DNA from: Vermamoeba vermiformis
Lineage: Eukaryota
Reading direction: 5' to 3'
Length of the DNA stretch: 64,000 nt
Assembly: GCA_045837725.1 (NCBI GenBank)
Contig: JBEWZL010000123.1
Coordinates: 310,001-374,000 of the forward strand
The translations under genes were made by a program, and so were the position numbers. Position 1 is the stretch's first letter; each line of letters starts with the position of its first letter. Of this stretch, positions 13,129 through 24,997 are shown piece by piece. The notes below the pieces were generated by a model. That model was not told the DNA's origin, did no database searches, and saw only the letters and a list, made by a program, of their open reading frames with translations.

Positions 13129-13335
13129 TTGACTGCGGAAAGTGAGCCCGACATGGAAAGAGGTGTTTTTTTGTTTGGACAAATCACACGAGCTTCAGTT
13201 GAGTGGGTGTCAGGTGATGTGGTGAAAAAGAGTCATGGACGACGAACAAGTTGAGGGGGCGTAGCTCCAACGGTAGAGCGGCGGATTCCAGGTCCGATGG
13301 TTGCGTGTTCGAATCACGTCGCCCTCATTTCTTTT
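13129..13335 (+). repeat. right arm of the tRNA-containing inverted repeat
   Basis: AGTGAGCCCGACA.GGAAAGAGGTGTTTTT..TTTGGACAAATCACACGAGCTTCA.TTGAGT..GTGTCAGGTGATGTGGTGAAAAAGAGTC is shared with the reverse complement of 9136-9262. Confidence 0.9.
13255..13327 (+). tRNA. trnW: tRNA-Trp(CCA), intronless, copy 2
   Basis: GGGGGCGTAGCTCCAACGGTAGAGCGGCGGATTCCAGGTCCGATGGTTGCGTGTTCGAATCACGTCGCCCTCA. Anticodon CCA at 13288-13290. The T arm is of the eukaryotic Trp type and a Pol III T-tract follows. Confidence 0.92.
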
Positions 13336-13495
13336 TTGTTTTTTGAACTTTCCAAGCCCTCAACAAACGTCTTTTGCTAGTTGCACAACGAATAGCAGCC
13401 AGTGGCGGCTACAATCCTTTTGCTACAGAGCTAAGGATCTCTCTTTTCAGCACTTTGTTTTTTTCTTTTGGCGTATTTTCTTTATTTCTATCTCT

Positions 13496-14207
13496 ATGGC
13501 ACAACAACGAAAAGTAGAGATTGGTCCCGTGCACCCAATAGTTGCAAGTACGTGCTCACGAAGCAGAAATTGCGGACCCTTTCAATCTAACTTGTTACCG
13601 TTGTGCAGCTGTTGGTGACCTCTACGTGCATTATTTTGATCACCGATATTATGTTGAAAATGAAATAAGCCATTTTATTAGGGAATTTGAGGTATGTACA
13701 AAGAAAATCTTTCGTAAATTACGATATTTCATAATTAATTATCTGCACGATTACGATTGGCTCCTTTATCAATTCTATACGCGTATTAAATTATTATAAT
13801 AATAGTCCAAACGAGGGGATCACGATGCAAACTCCTTACGCGACGCGCACTGGTTGCAAGTGGATTCCACCCAAAAAATTCAAGAGATGACAGAACAAAG
13901 CGAGCAATTGGACAATATTTTAACAAAAGGTACGTGCTCGAAACAAAATGTGTTAAAATTTGCCACTAGCTGTATTCGTCGATTTAATTTTGGGGATGCA
14001 GTGAAGCAGCTCAACACGACTTTGCAAACCCAAGTGAGCAAGGAAGAGCAGTTCAAAGCCTCACGTAAGGCTAAGCGTGACGAGAACTCCGTCAAAGAAG
14101 AGCAAGCGTTGCAAGATCTCGCAAAGAAACAAGAAGAAACGAAGCACGAGATCGACAACACGTTCAACATCGAGAAAGCACAACTAGAGCAAGAATACAA
14201 AGTATAA
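13496..14207 (+). CDS. BLOC1S5: BLOC-1 subunit 5 (Muted)-like, 4 exons
   Basis: Spliced VGDLYVHYFDHRYYVENEISHFIREFE|SKRGDHD resembles the Muted motif LGEIHSRLLDHRPVIQGETRYFVKEFEEKRG. Coiled-coil C-terminus ends AQLEQEYKV*. Confidence 0.7.
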
Positions 14208-14533
14208 GTATCAGTTCATTATACGCCCTGTAAATAGCGCTGCATCGTGCAGCTGATGTCGATAAATGTACAGTAACAAGCTTCCCTCCATAGATCCAGA
14301 TGCGAGTGTTCTCGATCGCGTATCATGTAACGAACCCAGCGATTGCGGTCAAAGATATGACAGGTACGATATTGCAATATCTAGTTAAACTCGCCCCACG
14401 TGTGAAAAATGGGATTGGGGATTATAATTAGCGTTCAAAGAACACCTTCGAATAACGGGCAAGATTTTTTCTACGGGCTCGTGGCTTTTCCGTCATTTCA
14501 ATTTTTAGCTTTTATCAATGCAACATTGCCACC

Positions 14534-17185
14534 ATGGACTATTATTACAGTGGGTATGCGGCCGTTATGGAGTCGTTGTTTATCACCATTCCTTCCGAGC
14601 TCGTTTCGGTAGTTTTTGGTTACCTGGCCGCGAAGGATCTTGTTGTTTGTAGTTCAGTTTGTCGAAAGTGGAAGCAATACTCGTCATATGAATCAGTTTG
14701 GAAGGCTCTATGCTACGTAAGTCGGCGATTCAATCGTCATTTGAATATTTATTTTTAGAATTCCGTTTATTTCATTTTTAATTCGATTGCAATTTCTTCA
14801 TTAGCCGCTCATATTACCGTAATAACGATCATCATAGATAAATTGTTAAAATAATTATTGGGTGCTAATCAGAGCTTTCCTCATCTAGCGTAACTGGGGC
14901 TGGCAAAAAGAGATCGATTGGTCGAACGAACGTACTGATAGTCCGGAGTTCTCGTGGAAGAATTTTTATAGATCATTCGTCAACGTCTATTTAAACCGCA
15001 GCCATTATTATCACAAAAATGTAACTCGTGACCAAGCGGGTAAGTAAAAAGCTCTTACGCGTCTAATAATATGACTATACTAATTACGACTATTACAGAT
15101 GCTTTGCTTAAGAACAAAGCCAAAGGCACATTTTTAGTTCGAGATAGCTCCCAGAAAGGCCATTACGTTATCTCCGCAGTAAGTTCGTTTGGCCCAGTTA
15201 TTCACCTGTTGGTTATCAAGATTGGAAAATATAAAGGTATTATAATCAGTAATAATATGAATGACAGCGTTTTTTGACCAATTTTTTTTGGATCGTAGGC
15301 TATTTCATTGAGACGGAAAACTCCATTTACAGCACCTTAAGTGAGCTCGTTAAATGTCAGCGACGTAGGTTTAAGTCAAGTATCCAAAGACCAGGACTGC
15401 CTATCCCTTCGTCAAAAGAGATCACAGATCCCGCAACTGTTGCCGCGAATATGATTGCCGAAGTTACCGACGAGAAGTTAGCGCCTGCTCACGCGATTGA
15501 CAAAGGCCTTGTCCATAAACTTTGCAAGCATGGATTGGATAAGATGTTAACCTCGTTGTTCGAGATCCATAAAAAGTTCACTTCTAGCGTGAACTCCAGA
15601 TACAAAGGCAAAACAGTACGTGAAATATCGACGCTAATTATATGACGCTATAATTAATACTTTGTTAGCCATTACATTATCTAGCCAAAGGTGCCTCGGT
15701 GTCGCTGCAAATTGAACCGTTTTTGGAAATAGCCCAACTTTTACATAAGCACGGCGCAGATTTTAACATTAAGGACTCGAAGGGATGTGCGCCTATTCAC
15801 TACTTAATTACTGACGGCAACGTTAGCTATCGAATGGTGAACAAATTTATCGAGTGCGGAGCAAATGTCGATGGGTCTGAGGGGTAAGCCGCTTACGTAT
15901 TTAAAACTTATAAATACGTGAAAACTCATTACTATCGTGTGTTAGTGCCAATCCTGAGGGATATAACGCGCTGGGGTTAGCTGTGTCACGTGCTTCAATT
16001 CAGGTTATTCAACTACTTCTCAACACTGTCAAGCTCGATAACGCAGGTTTATTCATCGGTAACGTTATCACACTAGATGTAAGTGGCGTTGACGTCAATG
16101 TGTTTAATGTCAGGGCTAACTTAGTTTTAACTAGTCATTGCTTCATCTAGCCGTAATGACCGAGAAGATTGACGTTGTGAAGGCGCTGCTAACCGCTTGC
16201 CGCAAAACTGACGTCAACGTAACGAATAGATACAAACTAACGCCATTGCATGCGGTATGTATAATAACCAATAGTATTTATCGTGTTGGAGGAATTTTAT
16301 TAATTGAAAAAAAGGTTGTTGCAATTGACCATGATTGGACCAACTTGGCCCAATTCGGCAAGCCCAGGAGGAACGCAGGCTTTTTGTACGAAATAGTCAA
16401 TCATTTAGTGGACAGATATCTTGCCGATCCGAATTTAAAAGACGAGGAAGGAAAAACACCTTTACACTACGTAAGTAATGCTCGTAATTTTAACCTGTTA
16501 TTAACGTGAGCGATATTAGGCATGTGAGAATGGACATAGAACCAGTACAGTGTTTTTACTTAACGTAAGAAGGGGTAAAGATTCAGTACGAGATCTAACA
16601 TTTACTTACCGCAGCATGGAGCAAAATCGAGTAAAGATAATTATGGGCGTATTCCTGGTAAGTTTTATTTGAATGCTAAATTTATCTTTGACGTCTGACA
16701 ACGTGGTATTTTTAGAGGATTATTGCCGAGACAGATTGAAGTCTCCATCCAGCGCTGTTCAATGGCACATGCAAGCGCTCAAAGAAAGAGTATGAGTATA
16801 TTTTATCATTTTAATAAACTGATAATCGTCTCAGATTCACGCAGGCTACAAAGTATTGACTGTTGCAATGTTGACTGACAGAGTTGAAATGCATTACAAC
16901 GAGATTCTGAAGGAGTTTGAGAAACATCGAGAGCGCGAAAGAGAAAGAAAGGAAGCAATTGATCAGGCTTGGTACGGTTGAATAAGTTTATTTTGTTTTT
17001 GATCCAAATGTGCATCCAAAAATAACTCCTTTTGATTGCGTGTCAAAATAATTCCTCCTTCGTTACCATAACAAGTTCTGCGGTTTAACGCTACGTAGTG
17101 CTGATACTATTTATTTAGGGGTATGGATAAATGGAAGGTTGGCGCTGAAGATCCCCTTCCGAACCCATCCAACGCCAAAAAGTGA
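14534..17185 (+). CDS. F-box + SH2 + ankyrin-repeat protein (Dictyostelium FbxB-like architecture)
   Basis: F-box IPSELVSVVFGYLAAKDLVVCSSVCRKW, SH2 LLKNKAKGTFLVRDSSQKGHYVIS and ankyrin repeats (GCAPIHY, LTPLHA, GKTPLHY). The last exons were reconstructed to TGA at 17183-17185. Confidence 0.8.
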
Positions 17186-17420
17186 ACGAAGGCCAAGATA
17201 TTAACTAAGATACTTCTCGCTTCATCTTCGGCATAATCTCGAGTACACGCAAGAAAACTCAGCCTTTTGTTTCGTTGCCTTCTCTTAAATAGTAAAATAA
17301 CAAAAAACTACCCGAGATCTCGGCTCGTGGAATCACGCAGCCATAAAAATTGTTCCTCCGAGCCGCATTATTCCAATTTTAAATATCTAGCGAGCAACAG
17401 AAGTCAGTCTTTATATTAAA

Positions 17421-18106
17421 ATGTTAGCAATCCAACAAGAAGCCGGCCGAACTTGCTTATGCTGCCAGATGGGCCTGAAGCGCTGCATGCAGGATGAACT
17501 TGACATGGACGACTCGTACGCTGACGACATTGAAGAAACAAATGACCAAGAGCAAGAAACTTATGGAGAATATCAGCGATTCTTAGAACGCGAACGCGCA
17601 GCGCAGGATCAAGCTCGAGTGCCAAGCGATCAAACCAATGGATTCATCACTCCATCGAGGAGGACACATATTCTGCAGCAGCTGGCGATGTCTAATATTT
17701 TCTTGCCTCTGAAAGCTAAGCTTTAAAGGTTCTAGAAGCATTTTCAACTTTTCTCAAGAATATTTCCTGAATCCGACCCTTCGTTCAATTTCGATTCACG
17801 AACAAAGTGTGACACAACCATGTAATATTATTTATTTGTACATAATCGTATTTATTCGTATCTCTTAATTGAAGATACTGTAATTTTTTGTAGATAAAAT
17901 CAATTTCAATTTAAAAATCCAAAAATGGCCAAATCCAAATTTATTTTGATCATGCACTCAAGCCAGCGGCTCTAAATGAAGGAATTGTTGATGTGAAAAT
18001 ATTGCAAGCAATAAAACGTAAGTTTGCTTCAGTCATCAGTTGACACTTGCTACTAAGCTAACGTTCTCTTCCAAATCCGTAGGTAAGATCAATCTATTAC
18101 AGTAGG
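17421..18106 (+). CDS. hypothetical protein, acidic N-terminal part; frameshifted in the consensus
   Basis: ORF 17421..17726 plus downstream exon-like segments with GT-AG introns (~17822-17893, ~18018-18082). Frames are broken. Confidence 0.3.
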
Positions 18107-18379
18107 CATAGAATAAGTATAAACCAATACTCGTGGTTGGTTAGTACGATCGTGGTCATTCGAAACTAATACTATTATTGACATCCGTGGCAACTGAGAA
18201 CACGTACATTTTCGAATAGTTATGTGTGAGCGAGGCATCGCAAGACCCAAGTCGCTCATTGACGGCAACATTTCAATTAAACAAGTTCTTCTGCCACTAG
18301 CAATGCTCGTGTGCATCGGGGCCTGTAAGTCTTCGAACACTCCGATATTAGCGCCTTGCAGTAAGCACTGCGCGACCAT

Positions 18380-21300
18380 AAAAAGAATAAATTAATAGAA
18401 AAAAAAAAAAGAAAAACGGGAAAAAAATAAAAAAAAAAAAAAAAAATTAAATAAATAAATAAGGAGAAAACAAAACCACGCCACCCACCATAAAAACCAC
18501 AAGAGCCCCCCAACTCGCGCAGAGACAAAAGCCCCCAAGCAGCCGCCATCAACCACGACCCGTCCAGCCAGAACACCCAAAAGACAGCAGAAGTCTCTGG
18601 ATCCCGGCCTCCTACCCCGGACCGCACCCCGTACGCCCCGGCGGTCCCGAGGCCGCCCTCCGACTGGACGTCGCTGTGACAACACGCCACAGATACAACC
18701 CCACTATGTAAGCATAGATCCGCTTATAATCAGTAAGAAAGCCTTAGCCCTCCCAAACATAGACAGAGCGTACATAAATGCCCCAGACCTCATCAACGTA
18801 ATTATTTTTTGTGGAAAGCTTCTGGCGAACGTTGCACTTAACCCTGCCTATCATCAGTGGACGACGGATTCTCCCTGAGATTAAGAAATGAAAAATCGCA
18901 ACGACCCGCGCTATCTCAGCGTTAATGGCACAAAAAACACTAAGCGCATACCGTCTCCACTGACCGCACTACATAACTAAAATTGACACTGAGACAAAAG
19001 GCTTCAGAAAGAAGAAGAGAAAAGGCACTACGAAGAAGTGGAAAGGGCGCTCATTAGGCTTGCCTGAGAAGAAATATTCGCAAAGATGTGAGAGAGTGAT
19101 ACTCCCGATTCCCTCATCGCCAACTCGTAGTTCCCGGCCACCAAACCACACTATATCAGACTCCATTCGACAGCTCACTATCCTTCAGTCCGTCTTTATT
19201 CTATGGAATGCATAAAACTATATATCTATCTCGCAGATTGATCCCTACACACTCTTCCAGCAGTCGCATTGCTTTGATCAATCCTTCGACCTTCTCTCAA
19301 TTTTGAAGCCGAATTGATCCAGTCAAACGTCAACTTCTTCTATATTATGTCGACTCTTACTCTCCCAGAGATCCCTTCCATTGACTTTGTAAGAGGGCGG
19401 AACAAGAGCAAAACACAAAAACATCCGCTTATTCTTCAACATTGCAGCCTTCCGCTTTCAACTCGATACTTGAATTCCAACGAACTACTCAGCAATTCGC
19501 CGGGGACTCACCCTCCGCCAGCCAGATATATGCAATTCCGACAACACGCTTCAGCGAAGGGAAGACTTGACGAAGAGAAGATATTATGTGCTTGTCGCAC
19601 AAGATACTAATCATCTTAATTTTGTTCCAACGACCTCGTTGCAAGCTCAGCAGCAATCGTCTTGTCATTGGACCCTTTCAGGTTCGCCTGCACGCGTCAA
19701 GCTCAAAGGGAGTTGCGTTGACTGGACAAGCAGTTTCTTGCTATTGTCAACTTCCCAACCACTCATGCCGATTGCCGTGGATACGCAGACGTTGTCGTTA
19801 TGACGCCAATCAGACAGCTCTATTGAATGCAAAGAGGAAGACAGCCTCTATTCAGCTACTTCAGCTCTCCCTCTCAGCTCGTGCGCAATGAGCCGGCCCG
19901 GTCAACTCACCACCAACATTTTGGACGCAATGTGTTTAGGACCACTGTCTTACCTCTCATTGTCGTGCCTCGAAAGTTTTGATAAGATCACCTCCTGATG
20001 GACCCAACACAGGCGGCGCAAAGGGACTAAGACCAACCGCTCAAAGAGAGGACCCTTAGACCCATATGAAAACTAGTATCGCTCAACAATTTGCTCCGTA
20101 TCAACCAACTGTTTGTCCTCCGCCGCCGACACAACCAACGCAAAACTCCTCCACTCCACCGAAAAATAAAGCAGCAGTACCTAGAACAAAAAACGGAATA
20201 AAGAACGAAAACAACACCGCCACAAAGCCCAGACCACTCCACCCAAAGCGACATACTGTGAGAAGCCTGCATTCCTTTGTTTTCACGGACTTTGCTACAA
20301 GTAGTGGGATAGAAAGTTCTTAGGACTTACGACCTGGGAGCCAAACTTAATGCTCCTCTGATGTCGAGGAAAGCGTTGAATTTCTCTGTTCCTGCTAATT
20401 CACAAGTCGTCTTGTATGACAATATGATGGCAGCAGACACACTACTTTGATCCCTCCCGGTGGCGTCTCACGTTCATCGGATACTCCTGCGTCAGTCCCT
20501 AGGATTTGCTGGCGCAGGTCCCAACTTCAATAGTCGTCAAGTTCGTCAACAGCTTCAACTTACCTCCGTCTGCTTCTCTGACCTTCGTTCAATTATTTGC
20601 CGCTGCTCAAAGTTAAAGAAACAATACTTGAAACAATATATTACCATTATGGACGCACCTCTCTCGTCTATAGCATTTTATTTGGCTGCCTTGCTCTACG
20701 TCAATAAGTCTCTATAAGAAATATACTCTAGAGGAGAGCCCTGAGCAGAAACCGAGGAAAAAAAACCATGCAACAGTCAAAAAACACAAAAAACCTCCGC
20801 AGCAACAAAGATGAAGGCCCGAAATTAAGGCCACGACAAAAGAACGGACCGAACTCTCAATGAGAGTGCCCTATTTGAAATGGTTACGCCGTGAGCAACG
20901 CGAATTAATTTTCAGTCACAAGGCAACGCGACGACTTCTCAACGCTAAGATTAGACCAAAACTGCATATCATCTCTCAGCGACAACTTTACCGCACAAGT
21001 CTTGCCACAGCCCTCTAGCTGGAGTGCGATCAAATTGCGACCTTCAGTCCATTGGGTGCTTGTCCCACGTGTCATTATGTTCAGGGTACTGGTTGTTTCC
21101 ATCAGTACCGGTCCTTCAAGACTACTGAACCAAGACACTTCTCTGCCTGTCATCTTGAACCTCGGCGATGGCAGAATAATTGATAGTTGAGAAACTCTCT
21201 GTCAATCTCGGAGCAGTTCGATGCCATATTCACTTATCCCCTGTCCGTTGTACAACTCGATGGGGAAGCGATGAGATAATGAGTGTACACTCAGCATGAA

Positions 21301-21500
21301 CCCGATGCCGAGGTGAAGGAAAATTTTGGCCCGACGAACTCACTACATGATCTATACGAAGAGGATGAAGGACATGTTCACGCTCGAGCTGGCCAAGGGC
21401 CTGTTGACCGAGAACATAATAACCAATTTAACGAAGAAAAAGGAGGGAGAGATGGATAATATGTTTATAAGTGGTTGAGCAGCACAACATACTTTCGTTG
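18380..21500. other. low-quality/garbled consensus, probably containing the 5' part of the 21506 gene
   Basis: A-rich and C/A-skewed runs alternate with short coding-like pieces (LIQSNVNFFYIMSTLTLPEIP, LNFSVPANSQVVLYDN, QDTSLPVILNLGDG) whose style matches ORF 21506. Confidence 0.55.
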
Positions 21501-21505
21501 CAAAC

Positions 21506-24050
21506 ATGACAGCATCGAACTGGGTCGTCAACGTTACCTTGCCTACAATTGAATACAGAACCTACTTGAACGTGCTCTCTGAAAAAGGAAACAATGGTGT
21601 CGTGAACATAGTGTTGCCGCCGTTCAGTGGCGTGACAGACAATCTGTTCTTAGGCTACGACGTCTTCTCGCACGCCAATGGCACGCTGAAAGCTTATGGC
21701 CTGCTGACCTATTTGCTCAACGTGGATCACATTGACCTCACGTCTCAAGAAGTGATTGGTTTGACACTTGAAGGTGCGCCGTCTGACGCAGAATGGGCCG
21801 TGCACGCACCATCAAGCTCGATCATCATTATGAAACAGCTCACCACGCCCTTCTTGGCAGTGAACACCAACACTTTCTTGTCAGCCGAACTGCTCCAAGG
21901 ACCGATGAGCTACGTCGCTTATGGACCTGAATCATTCACGTACTTGAACTGCACGTTCACTGATCAAGTCACATTTGATGGTCGTTTGATCACGAATCGA
22001 ACAGCAACAACACTGTCAACTTGGTTCAAGAACCAGCTGGACTTGCTCACCATTCCGTACGCTGTTGCAGAGCACGTGTTTGGCGCGTTTAATGCTGAAC
22101 AAGTGACCATTGCTAGTAATTTCGTAAATGTGATCGTGCCTTCCTTCGAGCCTCCTGTGCGACACATGATCATTGACAAGGGCAATCTGCACCTCAAGGA
22201 CGAATCAGAGTGGACAAACACAACTGTCTCGGGTAATGTTCTCCGTGTTGAACCTCGCTACACGATGCTGTTGACATCGACATTCAACGGCTCTATCGAC
22301 ACTCACTTTGCTGCTGGTGCCGTCGTGCTGGTGCAATGCAATGACTCACTAGCACAGTTGTCGTATTGGACTATTGGCCCGAATCAACCTTCAATGGATT
22401 GGGTTGGACCTTCATGTTTGGGCTCTATCGGGACCTTTGAGATCCCGAACGTCAACTTTACTGGCACAGGTGACACGCACGCGAACTTGAACCTGTCAGC
22501 TTTGCGCGAAGTTGTTGACAACAGCTTGGTCACGATCAGCGAGAGCATGTTCTTATTGGACTCCGACACACGCATCAAGTACTCAAAGGACTCGTTGACA
22601 ATGTCATGGAGCGTTCTCATGTCTTCATTCGACCACTTCATTCTTCTGACTGAATCAGCACCGTGGTGCGATCTTGTGGTGTCTGGCTCGGCTGTCACAA
22701 ACATCACATCAGTCTCCCAGTTCCATGCTTTGTTCCCAGACCGTGAGATCGTCTACGAATGGCAATCGAAGGATCTTTTACCAGTTAACCAGATGAACAC
22801 CAGCACGTGCGTTCAGCCCAACGTGATGTGCTCTCCGAACAGATGGGTTGATCTTGAAGCTCACGGAACTTTGTGGTGCGAACCTCAATGCACAACGTAC
22901 GACATCACGATTAACACAACTTTGCCCGTCGATTGCTTGGTGCCTCTGTTCTCTGATGGCTGGTCAGTTGTTGTCAAAGGCAATGACATTCCATCTGATC
23001 CTGTGAGCACTGGACTCGTCATGTTTGGTCTTCTCTACTTCTTGGTCATCACAGTAGCATCTGTCTCCAACGCTTTTGACGGCATCATGCTTGTTTGTGG
23101 CTGGGCCGAGTGCGTCATCACAGCCTCGCTCTTTGCTGTCAACGCACACGACAACACTTGGAGCGTTGAGATGCGTTCAATCATCATGTCCGCTGACGAG
23201 GTCGTGCATCGCTTGTTCACTGGCTGGCTCTGCGACAGTGACATGGCCTACACTGTTGCACCGTGGATCATGGTCGGTGCTGCCGTTCTCATCCTGGCTC
23301 TGTCATTGCTCGAGATCACTCGACCTGCTGCCGAGATACCACTTCCGCAAGCGCGTCTTGGTCTTTACGAAGCTCTTGGCGAGTTTGGCGTTCTTTGCAT
23401 ACGTTCCTTTCTTTGTTGCAAGAACGACGGAGATTTCAGCCCCGTTCTGCATTCCGATCGTGATCATATTTGCCAGATTTGTGTACGACACTGTCAAACC
23501 AAGGCTAGCCAGAACAAGTATGAACCACAACGTTGTTATCTTCCAATGGAACGAGGAGGAATACGAATATGGAGATGATGACATCATTAAGAACATTCTT
23601 GTCAATGTAGCTTTGCTGATAGTTGGCGTCGTTTCATCAGTCTTCTCTCGTGACGAATTTGCCTCGAGATATTACATGCCATACACATGGATCGCTGTTG
23701 CATTAGTTGCACTCTCCTCTGGCGCTGCTGCTTTGCGCATTTGGGCAATGAGAACGGAGTTAAATAACGAAAAAGAAGAGGTCATAACACGAAATAATTT
23801 GATCTTGCTCATCTTCTACCCGATCATTGGTGTCAGCATGGCTTGCGGTATTGCCTTCATCGTGTTACTGCACTACGTTCCCGATCTCTCATCAATCGGC
23901 CTTGGATTTTTGTGGGGCTTCTGGGTCTTGCCAATTGCGCTGCTGCCCGTTGGAATGATCGTTTACAAACGCTGGCGAATTGCGGAAAGTAGACCACCAA
24001 AGGTAAATGATGCTCCTCCACAAGAAATGGCTGCTCGTGCTCACAATTAA
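21506..24050 (+). CDS. large intronless membrane protein: beta-rich N-glycosylated ectodomain + ~8 TM C-terminus; one frameshift near 23340
   Basis: ORFs 21506..23578 and 23076..24050 join at ~23340 into a continuous hydrophobic C-terminus. Many NxS/T sites and a Cys cluster precede the first TM. Confidence 0.65.
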
Positions 24051-24085
24051 TTGAAGCAATAAATTTAGTTTCAAAAAAAAAAATT

Positions 24086-24997
24086 TTAATTCTCGCTGTC
24101 AATTATGCCAGAAATTACTTCATATGCTGCTAATATTCCTGCACCACCGATAGCTTGTGCAATTGAGAACACATAGCCTCGGTAAAATCCTCTAAAACCT
24201 TCTTTTCTGAAAATTTCTTTACTCGCGTGCCACGCCGAGTTGTACTTGGTGCCGAGACCTGTTGTAATCATCAATCGTTTCTGAACTAAGCTGATTGGAT
24301 ACGAGGCGGCGCCTGCTGTTAATGTAACGGCCCATCCGAGTCCAAGTGCTGCTAGCATCGAGTCGCGTGTCCTGACAAACCCCTTGAAGGAATCGTACAG
24401 GCCAAAATACAATCCTCGATAGACAATTACGCCGGTCAGAGCTAAGCCTAGTCCTTTGTATAGTCCTCTAACGCCATCTATTCTAACAATATTCTTCCAT
24501 ATATCAGTCACTCCTTTGTATTGTCTCGTCATTCCGGTTTCTGGTGAAAGTACATCCGCCGCTCGTTTGACGAAGCCGTGTTGAAATGGGTATAGCGTCA
24601 ATAATGTAGTAGCTCCTGCAAAACTACCAGCCATAACATTTGTTAATAACATCTTAATAGATCCTCGGTCTTTTGGGTTCGCGTATTTTTTCAGCAGGGA
24701 TGTGTATGTGTCTTTCAACCAAAATTGCAGTGATGTTGATAAGAAGCCCATTGGTAAATGAATTGAATTGCCTCGCCAAAATGATAATAATCCTTCTTGA
24801 TCTTTAATACGAGCAAAGCAATCAATCGCTCCTCGGTACGGATGCTGCATCCGGCCTTGTCTGACAAGTTCGTAATTTGCTTGTAATAATACACTGACTC
24901 TACTTAGCGGTGCTACTATTGTCTTGCTAATAAATGACGATACAATGGCTGCTGAAAACTGGGCAGCCGTGTTTGTTGGATCGTTGTTTCTTGCCAT
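24086..24997 (-). CDS. mitochondrial carrier, divergent ADP/ATP translocase-like, intronless
   Basis: SKTIVAP, PYRGAIDCF, EGLLSFWRGN, RQYKG, DGVRGLYKG and IVYRGLYFGLYDSFK are ANT-type blocks. Signature motifs are degenerate. Confidence 0.85.
   Translation of the reverse strand: MARNNDPTNTAAQFSAAIVSSFISKTIVAPLSRVSVLLQANYELVRQGRMQHPYRGAIDCFARIKDQEGLLSFWRGNSIHLPMGFLSTSLQFWLKDTYTSLLKKYANPKDRGSIKMLLTNVMAGSFAGATTLLTLYPFQHGFVKRAADVLSPETGMTRQYKGVTDIWKNIVRIDGVRGLYKGLGLALTGVIVYRGLYFGLYDSFKGFVRTRDSMLAALGLGWAVTLTAGAASYPISLVQKRLMITTGLGTKYNSAWHASKEIFRKEGFRGFYRGYVFSIAQAIGGAGILAAYEVISGIIDSEN

Noticed and set aside
18380-18700. Poly(A) tracts plus a GC-rich stretch as a LINE/SINE tail
   Set aside because: No RT or endonuclease ORF and no TSD. 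The pattern resembles low-quality base calls.
24051-24085. AATAAA plus an A-run after the 24050 stop as a retrocopy poly(A) tail
   Set aside because: Only a ~35-bp AT-rich spacer between convergent genes, with no TSD. A-runs are common here.
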